DNA from: a virus
Reading direction: 5' to 3' (one strand)
Length of the DNA: 41,679 nt
IMG/VR virus record: IMGVR_UViG_3300045988_173913
Coordinates: 1-41,679 of that record
Position 1 is the stretch's first letter. Each line of letters starts with the position of its first letter. The notes beneath the pieces are model-generated. The model did no database searches. It was not told the origin of the DNA and saw only the letters and a list, made by a program, of their open reading frames with translations. Position numbers and translations under genes: made by a program. This document shows positions 7,941 through 15,443 of the stretch, in pieces.

Positions 7941-8426
7941 ATGGAAGAAGTGACCGTAAAAAATTATCAAGAATTGGCAATGCGGACGTGCTTGCCGAGC
8001 GCGAAAAACTGGCAGTATTGCTACTGCCTTATAGCTTCCGAAATAGGAGAGGCGTTCGGGAAGTGGGGCAAGAAATTCCGCGACGGAGAGTTTGACAAAG
8101 ACAAGCTGACCGACGAGCTTGGAGACGTATTCTGGGGAATCGCGTTGGCGTGTGAATTGGGCGGGCACAGTTTTGAGGAATTATGGGAAAAAGAAGAAAG
8201 TTGGGGATTTCATTGTGCAAGCATCCAAATAGATTATCATCTTCCCAATATTTATAGAGAATGGATGTACTATGGAATGAAAAAAAATATCGAAATTTTA
8301 AGCTTCATCAAAACCTTCGCGGAGGAATGCGGTATTGACCCGCTCGACTGCTTACGGCGCAACATTGCAAAGCTCGCAGGGCGCAAGGAACGCGGAACTA
8401 TTGGAGGAAATGGAGACGAAAGATGA
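7941..8426 (+). CDS. MazG-like nucleoside triphosphate pyrophosphohydrolase
   Basis: EIGEAFGK...ELGDVFW matches the EExxE/ELGD metal-binding helices of the MazG/all-alpha NTP-PPase fold. Confidence 0.6.
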   Translation: MEEVTVKNYQELAMRTCLPSAKNWQYCYCLIASEIGEAFGKWGKKFRDGEFDKDKLTDELGDVFWGIALACELGGHSFEELWEKEESWGFHCASIQIDYHLPNIYREWMYYGMKKNIEILSFIKTFAEECGIDPLDCLRRNIAKLAGRKERGTIGGNGDER

Positions 8427-8749
8427 AAACTTCCACAAAGAATAATTCAATGCTCAACAGGCTTGGGCTAACGAAAGCCGATATTAAGGAGGCTTTAAAG
8501 TTTAAACCCAAACCGAAACCTAAGATTCAACGCAGAGGCTCTGTATCGCCCGCAAAAACGCCTTGCAAGTGCGGAGGCACAGGAATGCTTCAACAATGGA
8601 TTGAAAGCGATTCTAAGGGCAATTCCAAGCTCTACGCAATGGTGTTTTGCCAAGATTGCGAGTGCAAGACTAAGATATATTCCGAGCGAACGCTAAACGA
8701 GTCGCGACAGGAAGCTTTAAACGAATGGAATATTAGAAACCGAAAATAA
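8423..8749 (+). CDS. Second Lar-like Zn-ribbon protein
   Basis: CKCGG ... CQDCEC ... ALNEWNIRNR parallels the Lar signature seen at 7394. Confidence 0.45.
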   Translation: MKTSTKNNSMLNRLGLTKADIKEALKFKPKPKPKIQRRGSVSPAKTPCKCGGTGMLQQWIESDSKGNSKLYAMVFCQDCECKTKIYSERTLNESRQEALNEWNIRNRK

Positions 8750-8770
8750 AGTTGCCAAAGGATATACCAG

Positions 8771-9202
8771 TTGGAACGTCTAAGAATAAGAGATATGAAA
8801 GAAATAATTGAACGATTGGATAGAATCATTGAGCTTTTGGAAGGATTGTCTCTTGAAAAGAGAAAAACAAAGGCAAGAAAGGAAGATAAAACCTCTCGCG
8901 GAGACATGGAAACCATAGAGGGGAGAATCAAGAATGTTGAGTTTAAGAAAGGCGCAAAATGCGGAGAATTTGCAATTTTCACATTAGAGGGGACTCAAAA
9001 GGGAGTAGTACCTTGCAAATGCTTTGATAGTAAGCTCTTTGATAAAATTGAGGATAACTTGAAAGTAGTGGCATCGGGGAATTATCAGAACTACAATGGA
9101 TATAATAGTTTCATTGTTAGAGATATAATGGAGAAAGAATTAGAGGATAATCGCTCCACTCAACCTACGGACAACGATAGTGATGACGATATGCCATTTT
9201 AG
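8771..9202 (+). CDS. SSB-like protein with an acidic C-terminal tail DDDMPF
   Basis: The C-terminus DNDSDDDMPF mirrors the bacterial SSB tail DDD(I/L)PF. It is preceded by a compact, beta-rich, OB-like segment. Confidence 0.45.
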   Translation: MERLRIRDMKEIIERLDRIIELLEGLSLEKRKTKARKEDKTSRGDMETIEGRIKNVEFKKGAKCGEFAIFTLEGTQKGVVPCKCFDSKLFDKIEDNLKVVASGNYQNYNGYNSFIVRDIMEKELEDNRSTQPTDNDSDDDMPF

Positions 9203-9222
9203 ATTTAATCATATAGGGAAAG

Positions 9223-9489
9223 GTGCGAATTGATATGGAGAGTGAACAGCAACCATTAAAAAAGACAGGGAGACCAAGAATTGCGGAAGAAATGAAAAAG
9301 AAGCCACTTAGCTTCACTTGTCCTCCAAAATATTACGGGATTCTTTGCAACAATACCACAGAGAAGTTGAATCTTATTCTGCAAATTGTGTTTAGCAATC
9401 CTATGTTGGCAGACCAATATATTGCGACATTACAAAAAATAGAAGGAGTTAATAACGATGAGAATAGAGCTGAACATAACCCCGCCTAA
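9223..9489 (+). CDS. Hypothetical protein
   Basis: 88-aa ORF containing a basic GRPR motif. Confidence 0.35.
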   Translation: MRIDMESEQQPLKKTGRPRIAEEMKKKPLSFTCPPKYYGILCNNTTEKLNLILQIVFSNPMLADQYIATLQKIEGVNNDENRAEHNPA

Positions 9490-9916
9490 AAGCACTGGGC
9501 AATCGGGAAAAAAGCTGACGACCATTGGCGGACACGCAGCGATGTTTGAGACAGCGGAAAGCAAGAGTGTTAAGGCTATGTTCTATGCCTTGTTGAAGGA
9601 TAAACGTCCTGCCAAGCCTTTTTCGGGAGCAATAAGAGTAAACTACTATTATGTGTTCCCTTATCTCAAATCTATGTCAAAGAAGCTTATTAAGCAGAAA
9701 TTGGTTATCCCCAAGACGACAAAGCCCGACTATGACAACATGCCTAAGCAGATACAAGACGTGATGACCAAGTTGGGATTTTGGACTGACGATGCCATAA
9801 TTTTTGACGGCGACAATCTAAAATGCTATTATGAGACGCCTAAAATAGTAATTGATATTCAAGAAGTTTCCGCAACTGACCTAACAAATGAACTAAAAAT
9901 GAAAGGAATTATATGA
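9458..9916 (+). CDS. rusA: RusA-family Holliday junction resolvase
   Basis: KPDYDNMPKQIQDVMTKLGFWTDDAIIFDGD matches the RusA catalytic core (D..DN..K ... DD). Confidence 0.6.
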   Translation: MRIELNITPPKSTGQSGKKLTTIGGHAAMFETAESKSVKAMFYALLKDKRPAKPFSGAIRVNYYYVFPYLKSMSKKLIKQKLVIPKTTKPDYDNMPKQIQDVMTKLGFWTDDAIIFDGDNLKCYYETPKIVIDIQEVSATDLTNELKMKGII

Positions 9917-10488
9917 ACGAAGAAAATGAAAAGAAGAACTCTGTTTACATCTCCAAAGGGAAAGGCTATGAGCTTTTTAAGTTCCTTTTGGCGGCAAAAA
10001 GTACCAATAAATACAGATATATACTAAACCGCATATATTGCGATGAATCCGATAATATGGGAGTGCTTGTTGCTACCGATGGTAAACGTATGCACATTCT
10101 CTATAATGTTTGGAGTTATGGATTCCAACAAGGAGTCCAGTATATGACAAGTATGGACTCACACGGCATCTCATTTGTCCCGATTGTGAATCCAGACGGG
10201 AATTTCCCAAATTGGAAATCCGTAATGCCAAAGTTTGGAGACCAGTCTAAGGAATTTAATATTGAAATAGATAAGAAAACGAAAAATCTTTTGATTGCCA
10301 ATATTTCTTATATTCTTGGGGAAAACCACGCCCCAAAAATTAACGGAGAATTTCTCGCGCCGCTATCTAACTTGCCAGAGGCAAAAATACGCTTTGAGAA
10401 AGACAAAGACCTTATAGAGGTAAGCGGATATGACGTAGTATCCCTTCTGGATTATAAAGCTATAATAATTGGAATGAGGGATTTTTAA
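9913..10488 (+). CDS. Hypothetical protein
   Basis: 191-aa ORF. Confidence 0.4.
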   Translation: MNEENEKKNSVYISKGKGYELFKFLLAAKSTNKYRYILNRIYCDESDNMGVLVATDGKRMHILYNVWSYGFQQGVQYMTSMDSHGISFVPIVNPDGNFPNWKSVMPKFGDQSKEFNIEIDKKTKNLLIANISYILGENHAPKINGEFLAPLSNLPEAKIRFEKDKDLIEVSGYDVVSLLDYKAIIIGMRDF

Positions 10489-10709
10489 TAAAACCCCTAA
10501 GAAACCTTGACAAATAGCCATGGTAGTACATTCTGTTCTTTAAAGTAAGATAATAAAACTCGTTTGAGTAGCGTCCGAGTTTAACTTTAAAAAGGATTAT
10601 TGTAAAAATATAGTTGACATTAAAAGCATTGCGTGGCAGGGTGCTTTTATAAAGTAAAAAACCAAAGTTTTTGCCCTCTCAAACTGCCACTTGGGAGGGC
10701 TTTTTATTT

Positions 10710-11588
10710 ATGGAAGCAAACACGGTTCTTAAGAAAGAGAATATACCGTTCACACAAGTTCCGAACGTTATAATTTATGATGAGAAGCTATCAGCGCAGG
10801 CAAAAGGTGTAGCTTGTTATTTATTCTCACGTCCCGACGGCTGGCGTTTTAGCTATATTGAAATTGCGTCTCATTTTACAAACTCCGAGGATACAATCCG
10901 AAAGCTTTTAGTAAAGCTTGAAGAGGCAGGCTATTTGACGCGAGAAAAGATAAGAGAAGGCGGGAAGTTTGTAAGGGTTGAATACAGGCTAAACTTCACC
11001 GTTCTTGCAAAAACCAAGACTGGTAAAACCAAGACTGATAAAACCGAGCTTGGTTTTTTAGGCACTAATAATACTGAATATAGTAATACTGAATCTAATA
11101 ATAATACATCTATGTCATCTTGCAAGATGACTCCTGCTAAGAAGGCTTCAATAGAAGCAGACAAGATAGCAGAGCTATTCAACTCAACTTGCGTTTCATT
11201 GGCTAAAATCAAGCTCCTAAGCAAGTCAAGAATGTCGCAAGTTGAAGCCCGCCTAAAAGAGCTTAAACAAACTCCAGAGACTTACGTCTCTTTTTTGCAA
11301 GACCTATTCGCAAGAATAGAACGCTCAGACTTCTTGACAAACCGAGGAGGTTTAAACAGAAACAACTGGAGAGCTTCATTTGACTGGATATTTGCGCCAA
11401 GGAACTTTCTAAAAGTAATCGAAGGCAATTACGACAATAAAGGCACAAATACAATATCTAAGCTAACCGAACCAGACGGTTGGCAGGTTTACTTCATAAA
11501 AACATACACAACTGAAGCATTGCCCGCAAGCTGGGCAGATGTACCAGAGAGCAAAAAAATCACAATTTTAAAACAAATAAACAAATAA
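10710..11588 (+). CDS. Putative replication initiation/replisome organizer protein (winged-helix N-terminus)
   Basis: Lies immediately upstream of dnaB and follows a long intergenic region. The track start at 10671 is replaced by the ATG at 10710, which has a GGGAGGG RBS. Confidence 0.45.
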   Translation: MEANTVLKKENIPFTQVPNVIIYDEKLSAQAKGVACYLFSRPDGWRFSYIEIASHFTNSEDTIRKLLVKLEEAGYLTREKIREGGKFVRVEYRLNFTVLAKTKTGKTKTDKTELGFLGTNNTEYSNTESNNNTSMSSCKMTPAKKASIEADKIAELFNSTCVSLAKIKLLSKSRMSQVEARLKELKQTPETYVSFLQDLFARIERSDFLTNRGGLNRNNWRASFDWIFAPRNFLKVIEGNYDNKGTNTISKLTEPDGWQVYFIKTYTTEALPASWADVPESKKITILKQINK

Positions 11589-11589
11589 T

Positions 11590-12924
11590 ATGAACTACGG
11601 TAATCAAATTCAAAACGAACGAGGCTTGCTTGCCGGCATAATGGTAAGCGATGATAATTCTGTTTACGATAATGCAACAACGCTTGGAATTTCTGAAGAT
11701 TGTTTCTTGGAGTCGATTCACAGGAAAATTTTTGAGGCGATGAAGACTTTGTCGGCAAAAAATAAACCTTTAAATGAAGTAGAAGTTGCCAGCGTCTTAC
11801 AAAATGAAGAAGGGATTTTTAAAAAAATAGATGATATATGCGCAAGCGTTGAGACCTCACTACATTGGAAGACCTTTGCAACATTCCTCATAAAGGAAAA
11901 ACAGCGGCGGGATATAAAAAGAGCATATGAACTCTTTACCGAGAATCCCGACAACCTCGACCATGACGAAAATTTGGCTAAGCTTGAAAATTCAATATTT
12001 CAAGTGAATGGTAAAATCTCCGATTTCCCTAATACTGTTCAAATCCTAAACGAATCTCTTGAAGAACTAAAACGCAGGATAGACAACAGAGGCAATATAG
12101 GCATACGAACAGGGTTTCAATTTTTAGATTCATTGCATATCCAAAATGGGAATATGGCAGTATTAGGAGGACGCCCTGCAACAGGGAAAACTGCACTTAT
12201 GCTGAACATTGTTGCAAATATCTTAAAGCAGGATAGACCAACGCCCATACTAATTTTTAGCTTGGAAATGACCAGAAGCGAGCTTGTATCAAGGCTTATA
12301 AGCTTGATAAGCGGAGTAAGCGCAAGCAGTCTTAGAAACGGCATAATACCCGCCACAGACATTCCTAAGATAGAAGGAGCATTCTTTTTTCTAATGAAAA
12401 AGAGCAAGCTATTCCATATTGTCGATAAGGCGAATATGGATTATTTACAGATGTTATCTTGGGCGCGAAAATTCAAGCAGCGGTATGGAATTGGACTTAT
12501 ATTTGTCGATTACCTGCAACTATTAAAGCCCGCATCAAGGAAAACGAGCCGCGAGCAGGAAGTTTCTGAAGTATCTCGAAGCTTAAAGGAAATTGCCAAA
12601 GACTTAGATTGTGCAGTTTTCGCGCTTGCCCAGCTAAACAGAGAGACAGAGAAAGAAAACCGCCCACCGAGACCAAGCGACCTCCGAGAGAGTGGAAGTA
12701 TAGAACAAGACGCAGACTACATAATGATTCTAAGCCGCGTAATAGAGACAACGCACATAAACAGCTCAGGCAACGAGGAGAAAATTACAACCTACAACGT
12801 TCCAGACAATATCAACTTTGATAAGCCTACTATTAAGGTTCATTTGCTAAAAAATCGACATGGCTCAGTTAATGCAACCGACTTGGTATTTAATAAGGCA
12901 TTAACAAAGTTTGAAGAACAATAA
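11590..12924 (+). CDS. dnaB: Replicative DNA helicase (DnaB family)
   Basis: Walker A is GGRPATGKTALMLN and Walker B is IFVDYLQLL. The AQLNRE and SGSIEQDAD motifs are present. The N-terminal region is DnaB-like. Confidence 0.8.
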   Translation: MNYGNQIQNERGLLAGIMVSDDNSVYDNATTLGISEDCFLESIHRKIFEAMKTLSAKNKPLNEVEVASVLQNEEGIFKKIDDICASVETSLHWKTFATFLIKEKQRRDIKRAYELFTENPDNLDHDENLAKLENSIFQVNGKISDFPNTVQILNESLEELKRRIDNRGNIGIRTGFQFLDSLHIQNGNMAVLGGRPATGKTALMLNIVANILKQDRPTPILIFSLEMTRSELVSRLISLISGVSASSLRNGIIPATDIPKIEGAFFFLMKKSKLFHIVDKANMDYLQMLSWARKFKQRYGIGLIFVDYLQLLKPASRKTSREQEVSEVSRSLKEIAKDLDCAVFALAQLNRETEKENRPPRPSDLRESGSIEQDADYIMILSRVIETTHINSSGNEEKITTYNVPDNINFDKPTIKVHLLKNRHGSVNATDLVFNKALTKFEEQ

Positions 12925-13035
12925 AAGAAATGCCTCTAAAAACGATTCTTTTGCCCCTAAAAACGATTTTTATTGTAGATTGGATACGAGTATACCATTA
13001 AGAATAAAAAACCCCTTATAGGCGAAATTTAAAAA

Positions 13036-13401
13036 ATGGCAAAGAAAGATTTAGTAGGAATAACCACTTCTCTTATGGTATTCTATGCAGGAGAACTCGA
13101 AAGAGCTATTATGAGTTCTTTTAAGAAAGCAACAGAATATGATTCATTTATGCGCAAATTAGAAAATTGCGGACTCCTAATTATTGACGACTTTGGCAAA
13201 GAAAAATTCACCGAACGATACGAAGTCAGCGTATTCCAAATCTTCGAGAAAAGATTTGCAAACCTTAAACCAATTATCTTTACTACAAACTATCGCGGCG
13301 AAGAGTTTAAAGCTCGGTTCTCCGATATGGCAAACTATGAACCATTTAGCCGACGAGTGAATGAATTTATGGAACGAATCAACTTTTCAAAAAAAGACTA
13401 A
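13036..13401 (+). CDS. DnaC/IstB-like helicase-loader fragment (Walker B and sensor region only; Walker A half absent)
   Basis: LLIIDDFGKE is a Walker B motif, and IIFTTNY is the sensor motif of DnaC/IstB ATPases. The ORF begins only about 20 aa before Walker B. Confidence 0.5.
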   Translation: MAKKDLVGITTSLMVFYAGELERAIMSSFKKATEYDSFMRKLENCGLLIIDDFGKEKFTERYEVSVFQIFEKRFANLKPIIFTTNYRGEEFKARFSDMANYEPFSRRVNEFMERINFSKKD

Positions 13402-13403
13402 CA

Positions 13404-13805
13404 ATGAAAGACTTAATCGTAAATCTACAAACCATCTATGTAATTGCCAAACATATACATTACAACTATGTAGGCATCAACTTCCTTTCCGTTCACAAAT
13501 ATATGGACGAAGTCGCAGACCCTATCCAAGACGAATTTATTGACGCTATAAAAGAAAAATTCTTTATGGCAAATGGAGAGCAAGTTCCTTCTTTCCCCAA
13601 AATATATAACGCGGTCATCAATTATTGCGAGACACACAACAACTTTTTTACAATAAATGAGTTGTTAGAAGAAATAAGAGTCGCGCTTTATCGGATAGAC
13701 CAACTATCCAGAGACCCTTCTTTGCATTCGGGAACAATAGACCTTCTTGGCAAAATCGCTTCTCATTTCCAAACTAATATCGCACTTCTTCAACATTTGT
13801 CATAA
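13404..13805 (+). CDS. Dps/ferritin-like four-helix-bundle protein
   Basis: The spacing of H/D/E residues (HIHYNYVGINFLSVHKYMDEVADPIQDEFID) resembles the Dps ferroxidase-site helices. The length, 133 aa, is slightly short for Dps. Confidence 0.4.
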   Translation: MKDLIVNLQTIYVIAKHIHYNYVGINFLSVHKYMDEVADPIQDEFIDAIKEKFFMANGEQVPSFPKIYNAVINYCETHNNFFTINELLEEIRVALYRIDQLSRDPSLHSGTIDLLGKIASHFQTNIALLQHLS

Positions 13806-13910
13806 AAAATGTTGACTCGTTCAAAAAAACAATATCATATATCCCACAGAAGCTGAAATTGCTTATTCGCTTATCATATTAAGGTTGAGGCTTAATCCAC
13901 CCCGTAAAAT

Positions 13911-13947
13911 AAAGCCGTAGGCTTTCTTCATTTTTGCCTACGGCTTT
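13911..13947. terminator. Bidirectional rho-independent terminator between the convergent gene blocks
   Basis: Perfect 11-bp inverted repeat aaagccgtagg/cctacggcttt with a 15-nt loop. It is flanked by T-rich runs on both strands. Confidence 0.5.
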
Positions 13948-13960
13948 TCCTTTCCCAGTT

Positions 13961-14251
13961 TTAGAACTTTTGCGCGACTATGTTCGCAACGAACGTTATA
14001 ATTCCTACTGCGCCTACTGCACGCCATTTAAAGGATTCGAGAGCACGCACCCTAAGTTCTAAATCATCAAGCCTAACATGCAATGGCCTGCAAACCGACT
14101 CCCGATGTTCTTTGAATCGAACATACTCACCCTTCATTGAGTCGATTTTCTCTTCGCGACGAAGCGCGTCTGCACGCATCTGGTCAAGCGTGTGGAATAT
14201 TGATTTTTGCATCTCTTCAAGGCGCGCAATGCGCGACGGCTCATCGCCCAT
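13961..14251 (-). CDS. Small coiled-coil protein with a C-terminal TM anchor (lysis-associated?)
   Basis: The C-terminus WRAVGAVGIITFVANIVAQKF is hydrophobic. It is the last gene of the minus-strand block and lies in a GC-rich island. Confidence 0.35.
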   Translation of the reverse strand: MGDEPSRIARLEEMQKSIFHTLDQMRADALRREEKIDSMKGEYVRFKEHRESVCRPLHVRLDDLELRVRALESFKWRAVGAVGIITFVANIVAQKF

Positions 14252-14252
14252 C

Positions 14253-14726
14253 TCATTTCCCCAATTTAAAAGCTTTTCTTGTAAGCCCTGCGCCGACGTA
14301 TGCCGAGACGAGGTTTGCCATCAATTCTTTCCAAACGTCGGCAAGGTAAAATCCGTTCACATACGCCACTGCAAAACTTTCCTTTTCGGGAATCAATCCC
14401 CACAGCCAACCGCCTGTTTGCTCGACAGTCTCCACCGCAACGGGTATATCCTTAAAAAACGCAAACACAAACGGCGCGATTCCAAGCATCGCAAACGCCG
14501 CAAACATCATCGCCCTGCGCGTCCACGTTCCGCCGTCGTCCTTTGTGCGAGTAAATGCCGCGTCGTGCGCCGTTATGTCAGCCGCCTGCTGCTTTTGTAG
14601 GGCTTCCAATACCGCCGTATATTTTTGCGTGTTGAGAGCCGACAGTTGCCCCAAGATTGTGACAAGCCCTGTAAATATCGCGCCAAGCGCTCCCGAATCC
14701 CAAAGAGTCTGTATTACTTCACCCAT
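14253..14726 (-). CDS. Putative holin-like multi-TM membrane protein
   Basis: 3 hydrophobic helices (GALGAIFTGLVTILGQL; AMMFAAFAMLGIAPFVFAFF; LMANLVSAYVGAGL). The start was moved from 14834 to the internal ATG at 14726, which overlaps the upstream stop (ATGA). Confidence 0.35.
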   Translation of the reverse strand: MGEVIQTLWDSGALGAIFTGLVTILGQLSALNTQKYTAVLEALQKQQAADITAHDAAFTRTKDDGGTWTRRAMMFAAFAMLGIAPFVFAFFKDIPVAVETVEQTGGWLWGLIPEKESFAVAYVNGFYLADVWKELMANLVSAYVGAGLTRKAFKLGK

Positions 14727-15171
14727 TTTGCGCTCCCGTTTCTTTGGCGGATTCCGCCTGTCTTGTCGTGCTTTCCGCAAAGGCAATGCACCAAGCGGCT
14801 CTGCCCAATTTGCGCACGAGCGAATACACACCAAGTGCTTTTAATTCCTTCCGCCACTTCCAGCTTGGCGAGCGGTACAAAATTTCATCGAGCATATTTG
14901 CCCTAAATTCCTTGTCGGCTTCGAGCCTTTTTTCCTCTGTGCCGTCCGACTTCGCATAGCGCCAGTCATGCACCGCCGCCGAATACTCTATGAAAGAAAA
15001 CGCCCTTGTGAGTTTTAAGCGCGAATCGTTCGAGAGTCCCGAACCGCCCACTCCGTTGCAAACTTCGCAAAGTTCGTCGATTCCCGCGTCGAAAAATTCC
15101 TGCGGCGCTGACAACCCCGCTTTCTGCACGCCCGCGCGGATAGCCGCCATTTTCTCTTTTGTGTATATCAT
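14719..15171 (-). CDS. Hypothetical protein (GC-rich island)
   Basis: 150-aa ORF with a coding-like codon pattern. Confidence 0.35.
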   Translation of the reverse strand: MIYTKEKMAAIRAGVQKAGLSAPQEFFDAGIDELCEVCNGVGGSGLSNDSRLKLTRAFSFIEYSAAVHDWRYAKSDGTEEKRLEADKEFRANMLDEILYRSPSWKWRKELKALGVYSLVRKLGRAAWCIAFAESTTRQAESAKETGAQNG

Positions 15172-15443
15172 ACATTATCCTCTTGCTCCTGCGCTTGCTC
15201 CTGCGCATCTTCTGATTCCGCTTCAATATCAGCGGGAATCAAGAGTGCCGCAATTTGCGAGACTATCGCGTCGGGAAGCTGGTCAACGTAGCTTTCACCG
15301 TAAACATACGGCTTCGAGAGTCCGTCGCTCCATTCTTCACCGCTCGGGAATTTTGTTATCGCTTCTCCCTTGAGAGTGATTTCTTTCAGCGCGAAGTATA
15401 TTTCAACGCCCTCTTTGCTCTTTATTAAAACTTTCTTAGCCAT
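15168..15443 (-). CDS. Small acidic protein
   Basis: 91 aa with a C-terminal acidic run EAESEDAQEQAQEQEDNV. Confidence 0.35.
   Translation of the reverse strand: MAKKVLIKSKEGVEIYFALKEITLKGEAITKFPSGEEWSDGLSKPYVYGESYVDQLPDAIVSQIAALLIPADIEAESEDAQEQAQEQEDNV

Noticed and set aside
10489-10709. Candidate promoters and terminator in the long intergenic region before the replisome-organizer gene (two TTGACA boxes; gccctc…gagggc hairpin followed by tttttattt ending in the ATG)
   Set aside because: There are no well-spaced -10 hexamers for either TTGACA. The hairpin has a long 16-nt loop and its T-run runs into the start codon. It is plausibly regulatory, or an origin, but is not a confident call.
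13980-15373. Long + strand ORFs (13980-14600, 14137-14349, 14545-14844, 14625-14906, 14744-14959, 14990-15373) opposite the minus-strand genes of the GC-rich island
   Set aside because: GC-rich DNA generates long spurious antisense ORFs. Their products are Arg/Ser-rich low-complexity proteins with no RBS. The minus-strand set is gene-like, with coupled start/stop codons.
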